Source: Promethearchaeota archaeon (lineage in GTDB: Archaea; Asgardarchaeota; Lokiarchaeia; Sigyniarchaeales; SOKP01). From it: a stretch of 64,000 nucleotides of DNA. The notes under the pieces are model-generated. The model saw only the letters and a list, made by a program, of their open reading frames with translations. It was not told the origin of the DNA and made no database searches. The stretch covers positions 96,001 through 160,000 of the forward strand of contig JBHLON010000002.1 of assembly GCA_048940445.1 (NCBI GenBank), written 5' to 3'. Position numbers and translations under genes: made by a program. Positions 62,668-64,000 of this stretch are shown here, piece after piece; within the stretch, counting starts at the first letter, position 1, and each line of letters starts with the position of its first letter.

Positions 62668-63645
62668 GTGAGACTAATTTCTATAAATGAAAGGACTCAT
62701 GCAAAAAAAGTCTGCGATAAAAAGAATGAAAATAGAATTTTTAATGAAAATCTACAATTCATTTATAATGATATGCAAATTCAACAACTTGGATTAAGTA
62801 AAGAATTGCTTAGAGAGAAACAAATAGAATATGAAAAAGAAACAGGTAAAAATACTGTATGGGATGGAAGGATTACAAAGACCTTTTACAGATATTTAAC
62901 TGGTCAAAAAATATATGAACGCTCAAAAGAGAGAATTTCTTTGTATATTTCTCAACAAAAGAAGAGAAAATGGCATAAATTTATAGAAAACAATGAAAGT
63001 ATTGCCTCCCTTTCAAAATTAATCAGGATTGGTGTTGATTATTTCATAAAGAACCATTTAAATTCATTCTTATACGAATCTAATACGGATAATAAAGATT
63101 TATCAAATGTTCTGCTTGATGTGAAAGAATCTCTTACAACAATTAAAGGATTTTCACAATTAGTACTAAAAGAATATAAAGAAGAACTAGATAATCAAGT
63201 AGGAAATGCAATTGAAAAGATACATGAACAATGTCAGTTACTCGAATCAAAAATTTCAAATAGTAAAGCAAGAAAAAATATTGATGTTTTATTGATTGAA
63301 GATAATCCACAAACAGTCCATCTTTTCGAAGAAATTTTTAAAAACAAAGGCTATTCATATAAAACTGCTACAACAGGTCAAGGAGGATTAAATGAATTGA
63401 AAGTATCAATACCAAAAGTAGTATTATTAGATGTAATGTTGCCAGATATTAAAGGTTGGGAAGTATGTAAACAGATTAAAAAAAATAATAATTTAAAGCA
63501 CATACCTGTTTTCTATGAGACTGTTATACCTGAAGAGATAGTAAAAAGTAAAATTGAGGAAACGAGCGTAGATGGATACATCTCAAAACCTTTTGATATA
63601 TCGGTTATTATTGAACTATTAGACTCTATAATCTTATCTAATTAA
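62668..63645 (+). CDS. Response regulator: RHH-like, degenerate HisKA-like and receiver domains
   Basis: VLLIEDN, VVLLDVMLPD, ISKPF; SLTTIKGFSQL; KERISLYIS...LSKLIR. Confidence 0.8.
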   Translation: MRLISINERTHAKKVCDKKNENRIFNENLQFIYNDMQIQQLGLSKELLREKQIEYEKETGKNTVWDGRITKTFYRYLTGQKIYERSKERISLYISQQKKRKWHKFIENNESIASLSKLIRIGVDYFIKNHLNSFLYESNTDNKDLSNVLLDVKESLTTIKGFSQLVLKEYKEELDNQVGNAIEKIHEQCQLLESKISNSKARKNIDVLLIEDNPQTVHLFEEIFKNKGYSYKTATTGQGGLNELKVSIPKVVLLDVMLPDIKGWEVCKQIKKNNNLKHIPVFYETVIPEEIVKSKIEETSVDGYISKPFDISVIIELLDSIILSN

Positions 63646-63693
63646 AGGATGATTTCCTTTAAAAATGATATAAACTTACTTTTTTAGTCTTTT

Positions 63694-63826
63694 ATTAAGC
63701 AACTTGGTATTAATAAAAAAGAGTGAGGTTAGAATGGGTTTCTGCTTCAGAAGGAAAACGATTTGCTGATTTGATTACAGATTTTACAAATCAATTAAAG
63801 AATTAGGACCATTAAAAGTACTCTAA
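63694..63826 (+). pseudogene. Orphan 3' fragment of mvhD with two 1-nt deletions
   Basis: IKQLGINK/RVRLEWVSASEGKRFADLITDFTNQ/KELGPLKVL* vs intact IKQLGINEKRVRLEWVSASEGKRFAELITEFTNEIKELGPLKVL*. Confidence 0.93.
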
Positions 63827-64000
63827 TTCTAAAAAATTTAGTTTAAAGAATTAAGCTCTTTATACTCCTTTGTCTTTTTGAATAATATTCAAAATAAGAT
63901 AATAGATTCTTCATGATAAGAATGAAATGTTAAAGCAGACTTTACAATTTAACAAAAGACTCAGTAGTTAAACGCCTATTCGAATTCTTCAATTTTAGTT

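Noticed and set aside
1-64000. tRNA, rRNA, CRISPR array, integrase or transposase
   Set aside because: None recognised by eye on either strand; a tRNAscan or HMM run would be needed to exclude them fully

Overview
AT-rich archaeal chromosomal window, almost certainly Asgard/Lokiarchaeia. Support: a Loki-CTERM-type sorting tail, a profilin-like gene, Rag-like and MglA-like small GTPases, an arrestin-fold protein, PAN, archaeal uL16, an archaeal RNase P RNA, and a eukaryote-like SECIS. It carries dnaK/dnaJ/grpE, a B12 acyl-CoA mutase operon with isobutyryl-CoA-mutase signature residues, a FixC/FixX/SCP2 operon, and a large Hdr/Mvh/FrhB electron-bifurcation cluster. The ORF track misses several things: (1) a 3-Sec HdrA and a 2-Sec MvhD, split by in-frame UGA codons and followed by one AUGA/GA SECIS, with Cys-only paralogs in the same cluster; (2) the RNase P RNA at 2105-2437; (3) small rubredoxin-like and AN1 zinc-finger genes; (4) two genes broken by a single premature stop. 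The most unusual pattern is four orphan, synonymously diverged copies of gene 3' ends (pirin, meaB, a GNAT, mvhD). At three loci the orphan tail lies downstream of the intact gene with accessory genes in between, suggesting recurrent 'gene-tail replacement' acquisition with no integrase or transposase in view. All calls come from reading motifs by eye; no searches were run.
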